Position numbers and translations under genes: made by a program
Source of the DNA: Candidatus Cloacimonadales bacterium
GTDB taxonomy: Bacteria; Cloacimonadota; Cloacimonadia; Cloacimonadales; JAFGVF01
Direction of reading: 5' to 3'
NCBI GenBank assembly: GCA_963663475.2
Contig: CAXXJV010000001.1
Location: 224,001 to 288,000, forward strand
Length of the DNA: 64,000 bases
In this document: positions 32,904 to 42,075 of the stretch, one piece after another
How the letters are laid out: every line of letters starts with the position of its first letter
How positions within the stretch are numbered: position 1 is the first letter of the stretch
The notes under the pieces: model-generated
The model's input: the letters and a program-made list of their open reading frames with translations, nothing else
Told to the model about the DNA's origin: nothing
The model's database searches: none

Positions 32904-32929
32904 AAAGGGCAGAAATAATCTGCCCTTTC
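32904..32929. terminator. Bidirectional intrinsic terminator
   Basis: aaagggcaga-aataa-tctgcccttt between convergent porB and osmC-like gene. Confidence 0.65.
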
Positions 32930-32951
32930 TATGTTTTAATAGTAATAATAA

Positions 32952-33386
32952 TTAATCTACTAATTCAAACTCAACTTTAGTTGTAGCTTGAATATTATCA
33001 GAAATAGGACAACGAGCATCAATCTCATGCAAGAATTCCTTTTTCTCTGCTTCTGTCATATCTGCATCAATCTCTACATATGCCTTCATCCATTGGAAAC
33101 CAGCTCTTACATCACAGCATTTCCCCATCAAAACATCTGTATCTAGTTCCCCTTCAACTTTTACATTGCAAGCTCTTAAATCAAATCTCTTCTGTTTGGC
33201 AATAATAAGGGCAATTGAACCTATGCAACCAGCTAAAGCAGAGAAAAAGAATTCTAATGGAGTAGGGCCTAAATCATCTCCCCCACCTGCTTTTGGTTGG
33301 TCTATGATAAATTTATGGTCTCTTGCCGACACTTCAATAGCCATGTTTTTTTGTAATTTGGATTCTACGATTACCTTTTTTAACAT
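32952..33386 (-). CDS. OsmC/Ohr family protein
   Basis: IDQP...GG.D.GPTPLE...ALAGC and second Cys in RCPIS. Confidence 0.88.
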   Translation of the reverse strand: MLKKVIVESKLQKNMAIEVSARDHKFIIDQPKAGGGDDLGPTPLEFFFSALAGCIGSIALIIAKQKRFDLRACNVKVEGELDTDVLMGKCCDVRAGFQWMKAYVEIDADMTEAEKKEFLHEIDARCPISDNIQATTKVEFELVD

Positions 33387-33458
33387 CTTATTTTCTCCTA
33401 ATTTTTTTCACACAAAAAAACGCCTCAGATGAGGCGTCAAGTAAAAATATCTTATATC

Positions 33459-36245
33459 TTACTTTAAAAGTAACATTTTCTTGAATTCTATGTGCTTGCC
33501 TGCTTCCATCTTAGTGTAATATACACCTGAAGCAACTTCCTGATTTCTATTGTCCTTGCCATTCCATAATAAGTTAATTTTCTTATTTGGGGTTGCAACG
33601 AAATCATTAAACATTGTTTTGACTAATTGACCTTTAACATTATATATATTTATTTTAACATTACTTGGGTTAGTAACAGCGAAACTAATGTTAGTTGAAG
33701 GATTAAAGGGATTTGGGTAGTTTTCAAAAAGTTTTGTACCATAAAATACTTCTGGAGTATCATTACCATCTGGATCACCAATACTTACGATTGTAGGTCC
33801 AAACATTTCTGATTCATTAGACAGTTCGACTGTTTTTAACCAATAATAATATACAGTATTGTTTTGGACTTCTCCATCGACAAAACTATATGTATAAGTT
33901 TGTGAAGAATTGATTGAAGGAATCAATACAGGAATTTGATCAGCACTATCAACATCATTCATGGTATTTTTTAAGATATAATAACCTGTTAATGATGTTT
34001 CGGTCTCAACTGTCCATTGAATTTTAACTTGATTGTCAGAAACTAATACAGCATTAAAAGAAGAAAGTTCTACAGGGAGTGTTTGTTCCTCTCCTGTTAA
34101 TGGGAAACCACTGAGTGAAGATTCTGTTTCCACTGTTGTAGTAGAAGTTGTACCAATATAACTTTCTTCAAGAACATCACCACCAATAGTAGCTTCACTA
34201 TTAGCAGTCTCTTTAGTTGTAACTGTAAAGAAGTAATATTTATCATCTGTCGATACTGTAGTATTAAATCCACTAAAGGTTAAAACATCATTATAATTAG
34301 CTGATCCTCCCAACTGGATAGCTTTAGCCTTGCTTGGATCAAATGTTGTAGAGGAGCTTTCCCAAACTTTGAAGCCTGTACTCACTACATCATTTGATGT
34401 TAATGTACCAGTAAGTTTAAGTTTTAGACTTGTTAAAGCTGCTGTACCTTGATTAGTCTTTATATCTAATCTAAAGAAAGGAGCATCTGGACTTCCAGGA
34501 GCAATAGATGGGAAGTTATCAAAATAATTTAATATTAATGCTCGATATAAACATTTATCAGCAAAAACTCCTGGATTAAATGAACTAACTGTTCCTGAAG
34601 TTGTAATCAGAGCATCGTTAGTTGAGATTTCAATTCTGTCTGAATATGTTAAACCTGTAGAATTTAAGGAAACTGCTACAAAGTAATACTTATACTGGTC
34701 TGTAATACTCCTATTATTTATGGAGAAGTTGTAGGTTCCAGTACCTGTGAAAACTATCGGATTAGATATAGATGTCGCGCTTGAGAAGCTAGTTGTACTT
34801 GATTCATAAAGAGCAATATATGCTGCATCATCAGGATCAATAGTACCACTGACAACGATACCAAGATTAGAAAGATTAGCTGTACCAGAAGCTGTTTTCA
34901 AGCCTACATAGCCAATTGGTTGATAGTTACCTAAGTTATAACCTAATAAGGCAACACCTGAATTTATTTCATCTGCCACCGCATCTATGGTAATATTCTG
35001 GTTTAAATATTGGAATGAACCACTGGTTACTGATGTGTTTGTATTGCCAGCGATATCAACCATTTCCACTGAAAATCGATAGAATTCACTGGAATCCAAT
35101 ATATTCAAGCCAGAAACATCAGAGACACTAGCTGAACTAAGTAAATCAGCACCATCTAGGTTAATACTATTACTACCTGAAGAAAACGACCCAATAATAT
35201 CTATAGTTGAGATAACTGCATAAGTATCATTATCTTTGATATAAACAGTTATTCCCCCCGGAGCCGAGTCTTCACCTAAAGTAAAGTTAAGATTAAAACT
35301 AGATCCACTAGCAGAACTACCAGAAACTAAAGTTGGCTTTATGGCAGCATTGTCGTATATTAACTTATTCCATGGGGATGTCTCTTCGGGATTTCCTGTT
35401 TCATCTTGGTAACCAATCGCTAAATAGTATGTATTTAAATGTGTTAATGATGTACTACCTGTTACTGCTTCGATATGGGAAGAAGCTGTTGAAAAATTTG
35501 TTGCATCAAGAGTAATTTGATGCCTTGAAGTATTTTCATATGTACTAGCTAATGTAAGTGTTGTACTTGGAGAAGAACCATCTGAATTTGGTGAAAAGTA
35601 TAGTTTAACACTTCCTCCATTAGGAACTTCAGTAAGTTGAAAATCTATAAGTAAGCTGCTATTATCATAAGTAGCTACTGTAGGAGAGTTTGGACTGTAT
35701 AAAGTTGGCTCTAGTGTTTCCGTATCGTTAAATACTGTAAGATATGTAGAAAATCCAGTATCAGGGTTGCTGGCTGGAAGAATAGTATTATAATATGAAT
35801 CAACTTGGTAACTAGTATAAGATGAAGAATAATTACCTCTACTTGTATAAAGCTGTAAGCCAGCTTGAATTGATACTGCATTACTAGTGAAACTTCCGAT
35901 ATTAAATGTAGATGTCACATCAAAAGTACCATTAGCCGAATTAGAGTCAAAAGGAATATTATAAAAGCTTTCATCTTGCCAAGAACCCTCATCTGGCGTA
36001 GAACTACCATAAAAAATTAGCAAAATATTATTATCATTCCCATCAAAAGAATATCCTTGAATATTCTCCCTGCTTAATCCTGAAACTGTATAGTTTATCT
36101 GTAACGTAATTTCTTCATTTTCAGAAATATCATAATCACCTGCACCATTTTCACCTTGCATTCCAATCGAGTTTATAGTGATAGTCTGAGCAACCACTAT
36201 ATATGCTATAGATATAAAAAACATGGTTAAAATTATTTTTTTCAT
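33459..36245 (-). CDS. Secreted Ser/Thr-rich beta-sandwich repeat protein with TLPVELSSF module and FlgD-Ig/T9SS-like C-terminal domain
   Basis: Signal peptide; TLPVELSSF...WTVETE; NYPNPFNPSTNI...WNGKD...ASGVYY. Confidence 0.8.
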   Translation of the reverse strand: MKKIILTMFFISIAYIVVAQTITINSIGMQGENGAGDYDISENEEITLQINYTVSGLSRENIQGYSFDGNDNNILLIFYGSSTPDEGSWQDESFYNIPFDSNSANGTFDVTSTFNIGSFTSNAVSIQAGLQLYTSRGNYSSSYTSYQVDSYYNTILPASNPDTGFSTYLTVFNDTETLEPTLYSPNSPTVATYDNSSLLIDFQLTEVPNGGSVKLYFSPNSDGSSPSTTLTLASTYENTSRHQITLDATNFSTASSHIEAVTGSTSLTHLNTYYLAIGYQDETGNPEETSPWNKLIYDNAAIKPTLVSGSSASGSSFNLNFTLGEDSAPGGITVYIKDNDTYAVISTIDIIGSFSSGSNSINLDGADLLSSASVSDVSGLNILDSSEFYRFSVEMVDIAGNTNTSVTSGSFQYLNQNITIDAVADEINSGVALLGYNLGNYQPIGYVGLKTASGTANLSNLGIVVSGTIDPDDAAYIALYESSTTSFSSATSISNPIVFTGTGTYNFSINNRSITDQYKYYFVAVSLNSTGLTYSDRIEISTNDALITTSGTVSSFNPGVFADKCLYRALILNYFDNFPSIAPGSPDAPFFRLDIKTNQGTAALTSLKLKLTGTLTSNDVVSTGFKVWESSSTTFDPSKAKAIQLGGSANYNDVLTFSGFNTTVSTDDKYYFFTVTTKETANSEATIGGDVLEESYIGTTSTTTVETESSLSGFPLTGEEQTLPVELSSFNAVLVSDNQVKIQWTVETETSLTGYYILKNTMNDVDSADQIPVLIPSINSSQTYTYSFVDGEVQNNTVYYYWLKTVELSNESEMFGPTIVSIGDPDGNDTPEVFYGTKLFENYPNPFNPSTNISFAVTNPSNVKINIYNVKGQLVKTMFNDFVATPNKKINLLWNGKDNRNQEVASGVYYTKMEAGKHIEFKKMLLLK

Positions 36246-36463
36246 TTATCCCTCACTTTAATCTTAAATTATTACTAACTATAAAAATTATTATTTCTTA
36301 ATAATATCTTCTATTAACATTATAGTTTTGTTTTATGTTTTGTCAAGTTTAATTTTCCATTCTAAAAATATAATACAAACTTTTTAAATACTGTAATGAT
36401 AACTAGATAAGTACCACTACTTTGTAGTTGATGTAGCAAAAATGAGAAAATCAAAAAAACTTC

Positions 36464-36497
36464 TTGACAAGAATAGTGTACTACATAAGTATAACAC
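36464..36497 (+). promoter_or_regulatory. Promoter with overlapping YtrA-type GntR operator
   Basis: TTGACA followed by imperfect palindrome GTGTACTACATAAGTATAACAC directly upstream of the GntR gene. Confidence 0.6.
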
Positions 36498-36514
36498 CAT
36501 AAGAGGTAAAAATT

Positions 36515-36886
36515 ATGAAAAAGTTTCGTGATGACCAACCTATCTATCTTCAAATAAAAGAAGAGATAGAGGAAGCCATAATAGCTAAGCGAATATCAGA
36601 AGGCCAGCAGATATTATCGATAAGAGCTCTATCGACAGAATATCGGGTTAATCCAATTACTATAAGTAACGCTTATGCTGAATTAGAAGCTTCCAATATC
36701 ATTTTTAAGAAGAGAGGATTAGGTTTTTTCGTAAAAGAAGGTGCCCGTAGAATGTTATTGAGAGAAAAAAGATATGAATTTATTGAAAGAGATTTAAAAA
36801 ACATAGTAGATAAGGCAAAAATTGTTGATATCGATATTGATATAATTATAGCAGAGTTAGAAAAACTTTTTGCAAAGGAGGATTAA
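36515..36886 (+). CDS. GntR family regulator, YtrA subfamily
   Basis: PIYLQI, SIR.LS...VNP.TI..AY..LE, RGLGFFV; short C-terminus; precedes ABC transporter. Confidence 0.9.
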   Translation: MKKFRDDQPIYLQIKEEIEEAIIAKRISEGQQILSIRALSTEYRVNPITISNAYAELEASNIIFKKRGLGFFVKEGARRMLLREKRYEFIERDLKNIVDKAKIVDIDIDIIIAELEKLFAKED

Positions 36887-37737
36887 TGGCCTTAGTTAAA
36901 ACAAGAAATGTAACTAAGAGATATAAAGATCTTTTAGCATTAGACAATGTAAGCACAGAGATTCAGAGGGGCCGGATAGTTGGTCTATTAGGAAAGAATG
37001 GGGCAGGTAAATCTACCTTAATGAAGTGTATCATAGGTTTTACTAAATGCCAAGGTGAGATAACTATTGAAGATAAATCAGTTAACTACATGGACCATAA
37101 GGTTTTTGAAGACACAGCTTTTATTCCTGATATAAATTCCTTAGATGGTAGATTAACAGTAAAAGCTTTTATTAAGTTCTTCAAAGGAGTTCATCCTAAG
37201 TTTAATCAAGACAGATTTGAGAAGTTATTTTCCTCAAGCAATCTTCCCTTAACCAGAAAAATAAGCAAACTATCAAAAGGGATGAAAACAAAGTTATATC
37301 TAATTTTGATTTTGTCACTTGATGTCAGCTTTCTTATATTAGATGAGCCAACTCTTGGTTTAGATATAGTTTATCGTAATGAATTCTATAATACAATCTT
37401 GAGTTCTTTTTATAATGAAAAGAGGACAGTCTTTATTTCAACTCATCAAGTAGAAGAGATAGAACACATCTTACATGATTTGATCATTATTGATAATGGA
37501 AAAATCTTAACTAATGATTCAATAGATAATCTTTTAACCTATTATAAGCTTATCACCATAGATGCTAAAGACCGGGAAAAGCTAAGTAATATCCCCCATA
37601 AAGTTGTTACAGAAGGGTTAAGTGCTATTGAGGTAGTTGTTCCTCGCAAAGCCGATATTAAAGGCTTTAAAGAAGCTATACCAAATCTTGCCCACATCTT
37701 CTTATATACCTTGGAGAATTCTCATGAAACAGTTTAA
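36886..37737 (+). CDS. ABC transporter ATP-binding protein
   Basis: GKNGAGKST, LSKGM, ILDEPTLGLD, STH. Confidence 0.92.
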   Translation: MALVKTRNVTKRYKDLLALDNVSTEIQRGRIVGLLGKNGAGKSTLMKCIIGFTKCQGEITIEDKSVNYMDHKVFEDTAFIPDINSLDGRLTVKAFIKFFKGVHPKFNQDRFEKLFSSSNLPLTRKISKLSKGMKTKLYLILILSLDVSFLILDEPTLGLDIVYRNEFYNTILSSFYNEKRTVFISTHQVEEIEHILHDLIIIDNGKILTNDSIDNLLTYYKLITIDAKDREKLSNIPHKVVTEGLSAIEVVVPRKADIKGFKEAIPNLAHIFLYTLENSHETV

Positions 37738-38605
37738 ATCATTAATAGAAAGAGATCTTCACCTTAACAAGTGGTCTCTTCTTCTACCAGTAATTGTCGT
37801 TGCAGTAAGTTATTTATTTATTCTTTTCATAGATTTAAGATGGGGAATAGATTTAGAAAATATTTCTTATAAGATGGAAGGTGCTAATGTACCTTTCATG
37901 GGTTTAGTTGGTATAGTAATTGGTAATATATGGTTGACTTCTGCCTTATTATCTTTAGTTTCTTTGGTAATTTTGACCCCTAATGCCATGAATGATAATA
38001 TCAAACACCAGTGTGAGATATTTTATAAGTGCTTACCAATAGCTCCATGGAAAATTGTTTTAGGAAAAGTAGTATCTTGCTTAGTTTTCCCACTGATCAT
38101 AGTATCACTTTTAGCTTTTCTAAACACTTGGATCGCTTACTTATTCTTAGGTGAAACATCTGTAATTGCCTTAGGTACTTTACTCAAATTTACCCTATCC
38201 AGTATCATATTTATAAGTCCCTATCTCTTGATTTTTGGTTCCTTCTTTATTTTCTTATCTTCTATTATGAAAAAGAAAGTATTTGTTAGGTTCATAGGTC
38301 TTTTGTTTGGAACTAACATAGCAATTCAAATCTTTAGGTCTTTATCAGGAATTAAAATAGCTACTTTATCTGAATACATTAATATGTGGTTAATTAATCC
38401 ATCTTTCACAGGTGCCAAAATCATTGATGTTGATAAATTAGTACAGGGTTTTATGAATCAAATGACCCTAGATAGTGGAATTAATGAGATAAGCAAGTAT
38501 ATTTCCTCAAGCATCTTTAGTTGGGATGGCTTATGCCTGATATTTGCTTCAATAATTTTGTTGACAAGTTCTGTTTATGCTTTCAAATTAAGAAAATTAG
38601 ATTAG
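37724..38605 (+). CDS. ABC-2 type transporter permease
   Basis: About six hydrophobic helices, F...LP......V.GK motif; start moved to ATG 37724 with GGAG RBS. Confidence 0.75.
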   Translation: MKQFKSLIERDLHLNKWSLLLPVIVVAVSYLFILFIDLRWGIDLENISYKMEGANVPFMGLVGIVIGNIWLTSALLSLVSLVILTPNAMNDNIKHQCEIFYKCLPIAPWKIVLGKVVSCLVFPLIIVSLLAFLNTWIAYLFLGETSVIALGTLLKFTLSSIIFISPYLLIFGSFFIFLSSIMKKKVFVRFIGLLFGTNIAIQIFRSLSGIKIATLSEYINMWLINPSFTGAKIIDVDKLVQGFMNQMTLDSGINEISKYISSSIFSWDGLCLIFASIILLTSSVYAFKLRKLD

Positions 38606-38614
38606 GAGATAATT

Positions 38615-39469
38615 ATGAAGAAAATAGTATTTCTAGCTGTAATAGCTATTTTGTTTTTAACTGGTTGTGTGGAATATGGTTTAACTATCAAGGTAAATAA
38701 AGATGGTTCTGGAGAAATTGTTGAAGAGATGTTAATGGCAAATCAAATAATTAACATGGCCAAAGCAATGAATACTGACCAAGGAAATATGAATGCTTTC
38801 TCCAAAGAAAGAGTCATGGAGAAAGGTTCTCGCTTTGGAAAAGATGTTGTTTATAAAGATTTTGAAGAAATAAAAAATGAAGTAAAACAAGGTTATAGGG
38901 TGACTTATAAATTCGATGATATTAATAATATTCAACTATCTGACAAAGTCTTTAGTGAATCAGTAGAATCAGTTACTGAAAATGTCAAAATGGGTAATGA
39001 TGAAGACCTTGATGAAGAGAGTGAAGACGATGATATTGAGTTAGAGAAATTCTATAATTTTGAATATAATAAGAAAGGTAAGTTAATTATCAAGAATGGC
39101 TTTACTGAAGCTATCAATGAAGCTAAAGCTAAGAAAGATGGAGAAGTTGAAGAATGGAGTGAGGAAGGTGAAAAAATGTCTGATGAAGAGATTGAGCAAA
39201 ACATAAATATGGCTAAAATGTTTGTTCAAGGTATGAAGTTCTTTACTAGAATAGAATTTAATGATATTAAAGATGCCAATATACCTCATGAAAACAATCA
39301 AATAACTCTCTTTGAAATTGATATGGATAAACTACTTGAAAACCCTGAAACTTTCAAAGAATTAATGAAAGACGGTGATACTGAAATCACAAAATTCTTA
39401 AATAATGAAAAGCAGATTGATGGTATTATTTTCCATAATGTTGAAAATATTACTGTTAATTTTAAATAG
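38615..39469 (+). CDS. Lipoprotein of unknown function (LppM-like N-terminus)
   Basis: Lipobox LTGC followed by IKVNKDGSG motif. Confidence 0.7.
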   Translation: MKKIVFLAVIAILFLTGCVEYGLTIKVNKDGSGEIVEEMLMANQIINMAKAMNTDQGNMNAFSKERVMEKGSRFGKDVVYKDFEEIKNEVKQGYRVTYKFDDINNIQLSDKVFSESVESVTENVKMGNDEDLDEESEDDDIELEKFYNFEYNKKGKLIIKNGFTEAINEAKAKKDGEVEEWSEEGEKMSDEEIEQNINMAKMFVQGMKFFTRIEFNDIKDANIPHENNQITLFEIDMDKLLENPETFKELMKDGDTEITKFLNNEKQIDGIIFHNVENITVNFK

Positions 39470-39478
39470 GATGGAATA

Positions 39479-41905
39479 ATGAAAAAATTTTTAATAATTA
39501 CTCTATTGCTTGCAAGTCTTGCAATGTATAGCATGCCTCTAGCATTTAATAACTCTTCAATAGCAAGCCATGAAGATTTTCTTTCAGGCTATATTAATCC
39601 CGCAGCCTTAGGAACTACAAACAATACCTCTTTCACCTTCTTGAAGAGTTATCAAGAAAAAGATTTTAAAAGTCCTTACGCTTTTATCTACAAAACAAAG
39701 GGATTCTCCTATATGATAGAAGATGATAATGGTACTTATCAAACAATAGCTACTGGTAACAACTTAGGAAGCAACAAAGTTCTAAGAAACTTCTACTTAG
39801 GTTCTTCCTTTGGTTGGAAATCTGGTTCCCTTGAAGATTTTGATTTCTCTAATTCAATCCTCTATAGACCAATAAATCATTTATCATTTGCCTATATTCT
39901 CTCCCACCCTAATGATTTAAAGCCACAGCACAGAGCTGCTATTGCAATCAGACCTTTCGCCTCTACAAGTATGGGAGATGTCTTAGAATTAACTAGTGAC
40001 CTTGGTTGGGGAAATTATGGTGATTTTAACGAGACTAGAGGTTTTATCAAACCTATAGTCGGGGTAAATACTAATTTTCTTGGCGGACTTAGTCTAGGTG
40101 CAAATTACGATATAGACAAAGATCAAGTTGGTATCAGGTTTAGTATCAGTAATTTTAATGCAGTAATTGGTTCCATATCTAACATTCAAGAACAAGCTGA
40201 TGATAGTAAGAAAAATGTAGGATATGGCTATGTCTCTATAAATTCTGATATCATGGGAATGCTAAAGGGTACTGAAAGAAAGAAGATTCTAGACTTGAAT
40301 ATTAAGGGTGATATTGTTGATGAAAATACTAAGTTTAGCATTGGCTTTGTCTCTCTAAAAATGGATGAAAACACAACAATGCTTAGTCTTTTAAAGAAAA
40401 TTAAGCAAGCTAAAAATGATCCAGAAATAAGAGGATTAATCTTCAAAAACAATAACTTTGGTGCTTCATTGGCTAAAAGACAAGAGCTACTAACTGCTTT
40501 GCAAGACTTCAAATCCTCTGGGAAAAAAATAGTTTTCTACTATGAAAATATTTCTAATACTAACTACGCTTTTGCAGCTAACATAGGAGATAAAATCTAT
40601 CTCAATCCCGAAGGAATGGTTAACCTGGTTGGTATAGGCGGAGCTAGTCCTTATATAAAAGAATTACTTGATAAAGTCGGAATTGATTTCTATAATTTTA
40701 GAAGTCATCCTTACAAAACAGCTGGTAATATGTTCTCAGAAGGTCAAATGACAACAGAAGAAAGACAAGTAATGGAAAGACTTTATGGCGACCTTTATGC
40801 CGAAATGGTTGAGATGATTCGTCAAGGACGTGGTCATAAATTAGCTGGTCAAGTTGAAGATATTATTGATAATGGCCCTTACTTCATTCCTCAAGATGCT
40901 CTTAATAGTGGCTTAGTTGATGAATTAGTAGAATGGCATCAACTAAATGATAAATTAGAAGAAGAATTTGGAAGTCATAGCATTACTAAAGAAATTCCTC
41001 GCAGAGTTGATAAAAACTGGTCAAAACCTGGACTAGATAAAGTAGCTATTATCTATGCTTCTGGTAACATAATCAGCGGTAAAGGACAAGCAGGAAGAAT
41101 GATAGGTTCAGAAACAACTGCTAAAGCTATTAGAAAAGCCAGACAGGATCCTCAAGTTAAAGGTATTATCTTGAGAGTTGACTCAGGTGGAGGATCAGCT
41201 TTAGCCTCCCATATCATAGCTGAAGAAGTTAGATTATGTAGTCAAGGAGAAAACAAGAAACCTATTATTGCCTTGATGTCTGGTGTAGCTGCTTCTGGTG
41301 GTTATTATATATCTACCTGGGCTGATGAAATAATAGCTGAGCCAACCACTATCACTGGTTCAATTGGAGTTATTGGCATGATACCTAATTTTGCTAAACT
41401 CTCTAGCAAACTTGGTGTAAACTGGTCTGAAGTTAAGTTCGGTGAAAATGCTACCCTGGGTAGTGTCACTAGAGAATGGACTAATGATGAAAAAGAAATG
41501 TTTAAGAACTTTATTAAAGATTCATATGACAGATTTGTTAATACTGTTGCCACAAGTAGAGCTGCAAGCTATCAAGAAATCAACAAGATAGCAATGGGAC
41601 AAGTATGGACTGGTAATCAAGCATTAGAAAATGGTTTAATTGATAAGATTGGTGGTTATGAAACAGCCCTTCAATCAATGTCAGAAATGCTAGATTCTGG
41701 TAATGAAATCAGCTTAGTTACTTATAGTGGACATGACAAAGCTCAGATTGAAGTTAGTGTTAGTTCTCTAGTAGCTCCTCTATTTACATGGTATAACAAG
41801 TCTTTCTTAAAATCATTAATTGATTTAGATAAGCAAGTAAAGCTTAATACAGATGAAGTAATTCTCTATAAATCACCATATAATTTTAATCAAAACAATC
41901 ATTAA
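39479..41905 (+). CDS. sppA: Signal peptide peptidase SppA (S49, tandem domains) with ~250-aa N-terminal extension
   Basis: YKTAG, LRVDSGGGSA, VAASGGYY, TITGSIGV, GQVWTG.QA...GLIDKIGG. Confidence 0.9.
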   Translation: MKKFLIITLLLASLAMYSMPLAFNNSSIASHEDFLSGYINPAALGTTNNTSFTFLKSYQEKDFKSPYAFIYKTKGFSYMIEDDNGTYQTIATGNNLGSNKVLRNFYLGSSFGWKSGSLEDFDFSNSILYRPINHLSFAYILSHPNDLKPQHRAAIAIRPFASTSMGDVLELTSDLGWGNYGDFNETRGFIKPIVGVNTNFLGGLSLGANYDIDKDQVGIRFSISNFNAVIGSISNIQEQADDSKKNVGYGYVSINSDIMGMLKGTERKKILDLNIKGDIVDENTKFSIGFVSLKMDENTTMLSLLKKIKQAKNDPEIRGLIFKNNNFGASLAKRQELLTALQDFKSSGKKIVFYYENISNTNYAFAANIGDKIYLNPEGMVNLVGIGGASPYIKELLDKVGIDFYNFRSHPYKTAGNMFSEGQMTTEERQVMERLYGDLYAEMVEMIRQGRGHKLAGQVEDIIDNGPYFIPQDALNSGLVDELVEWHQLNDKLEEEFGSHSITKEIPRRVDKNWSKPGLDKVAIIYASGNIISGKGQAGRMIGSETTAKAIRKARQDPQVKGIILRVDSGGGSALASHIIAEEVRLCSQGENKKPIIALMSGVAASGGYYISTWADEIIAEPTTITGSIGVIGMIPNFAKLSSKLGVNWSEVKFGENATLGSVTREWTNDEKEMFKNFIKDSYDRFVNTVATSRAASYQEINKIAMGQVWTGNQALENGLIDKIGGYETALQSMSEMLDSGNEISLVTYSGHDKAQIEVSVSSLVAPLFTWYNKSFLKSLIDLDKQVKLNTDEVILYKSPYNFNQNNH

Positions 41906-41967
41906 CTAATAATAAGTTTATTTATTAATAATTATTTATTATTTGTAAATACTTAATAAATAGTGTT

Positions 41968-42003
41968 ATAGCAGGAATGCAAGTCATTCCTGCTATTTTT
42001 TTC
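41968..42003 (+). terminator. Intrinsic terminator
   Basis: atagcaggaatg-caagt-cattcctgctat followed by T run. Confidence 0.65.
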
Positions 42004-42075
42004 TTGCCTATTTTTCTTCAATAGTCAATTTTTGTGTGTAAACAAATCGGGGAAATACTTAAATAAGGAAATCTG

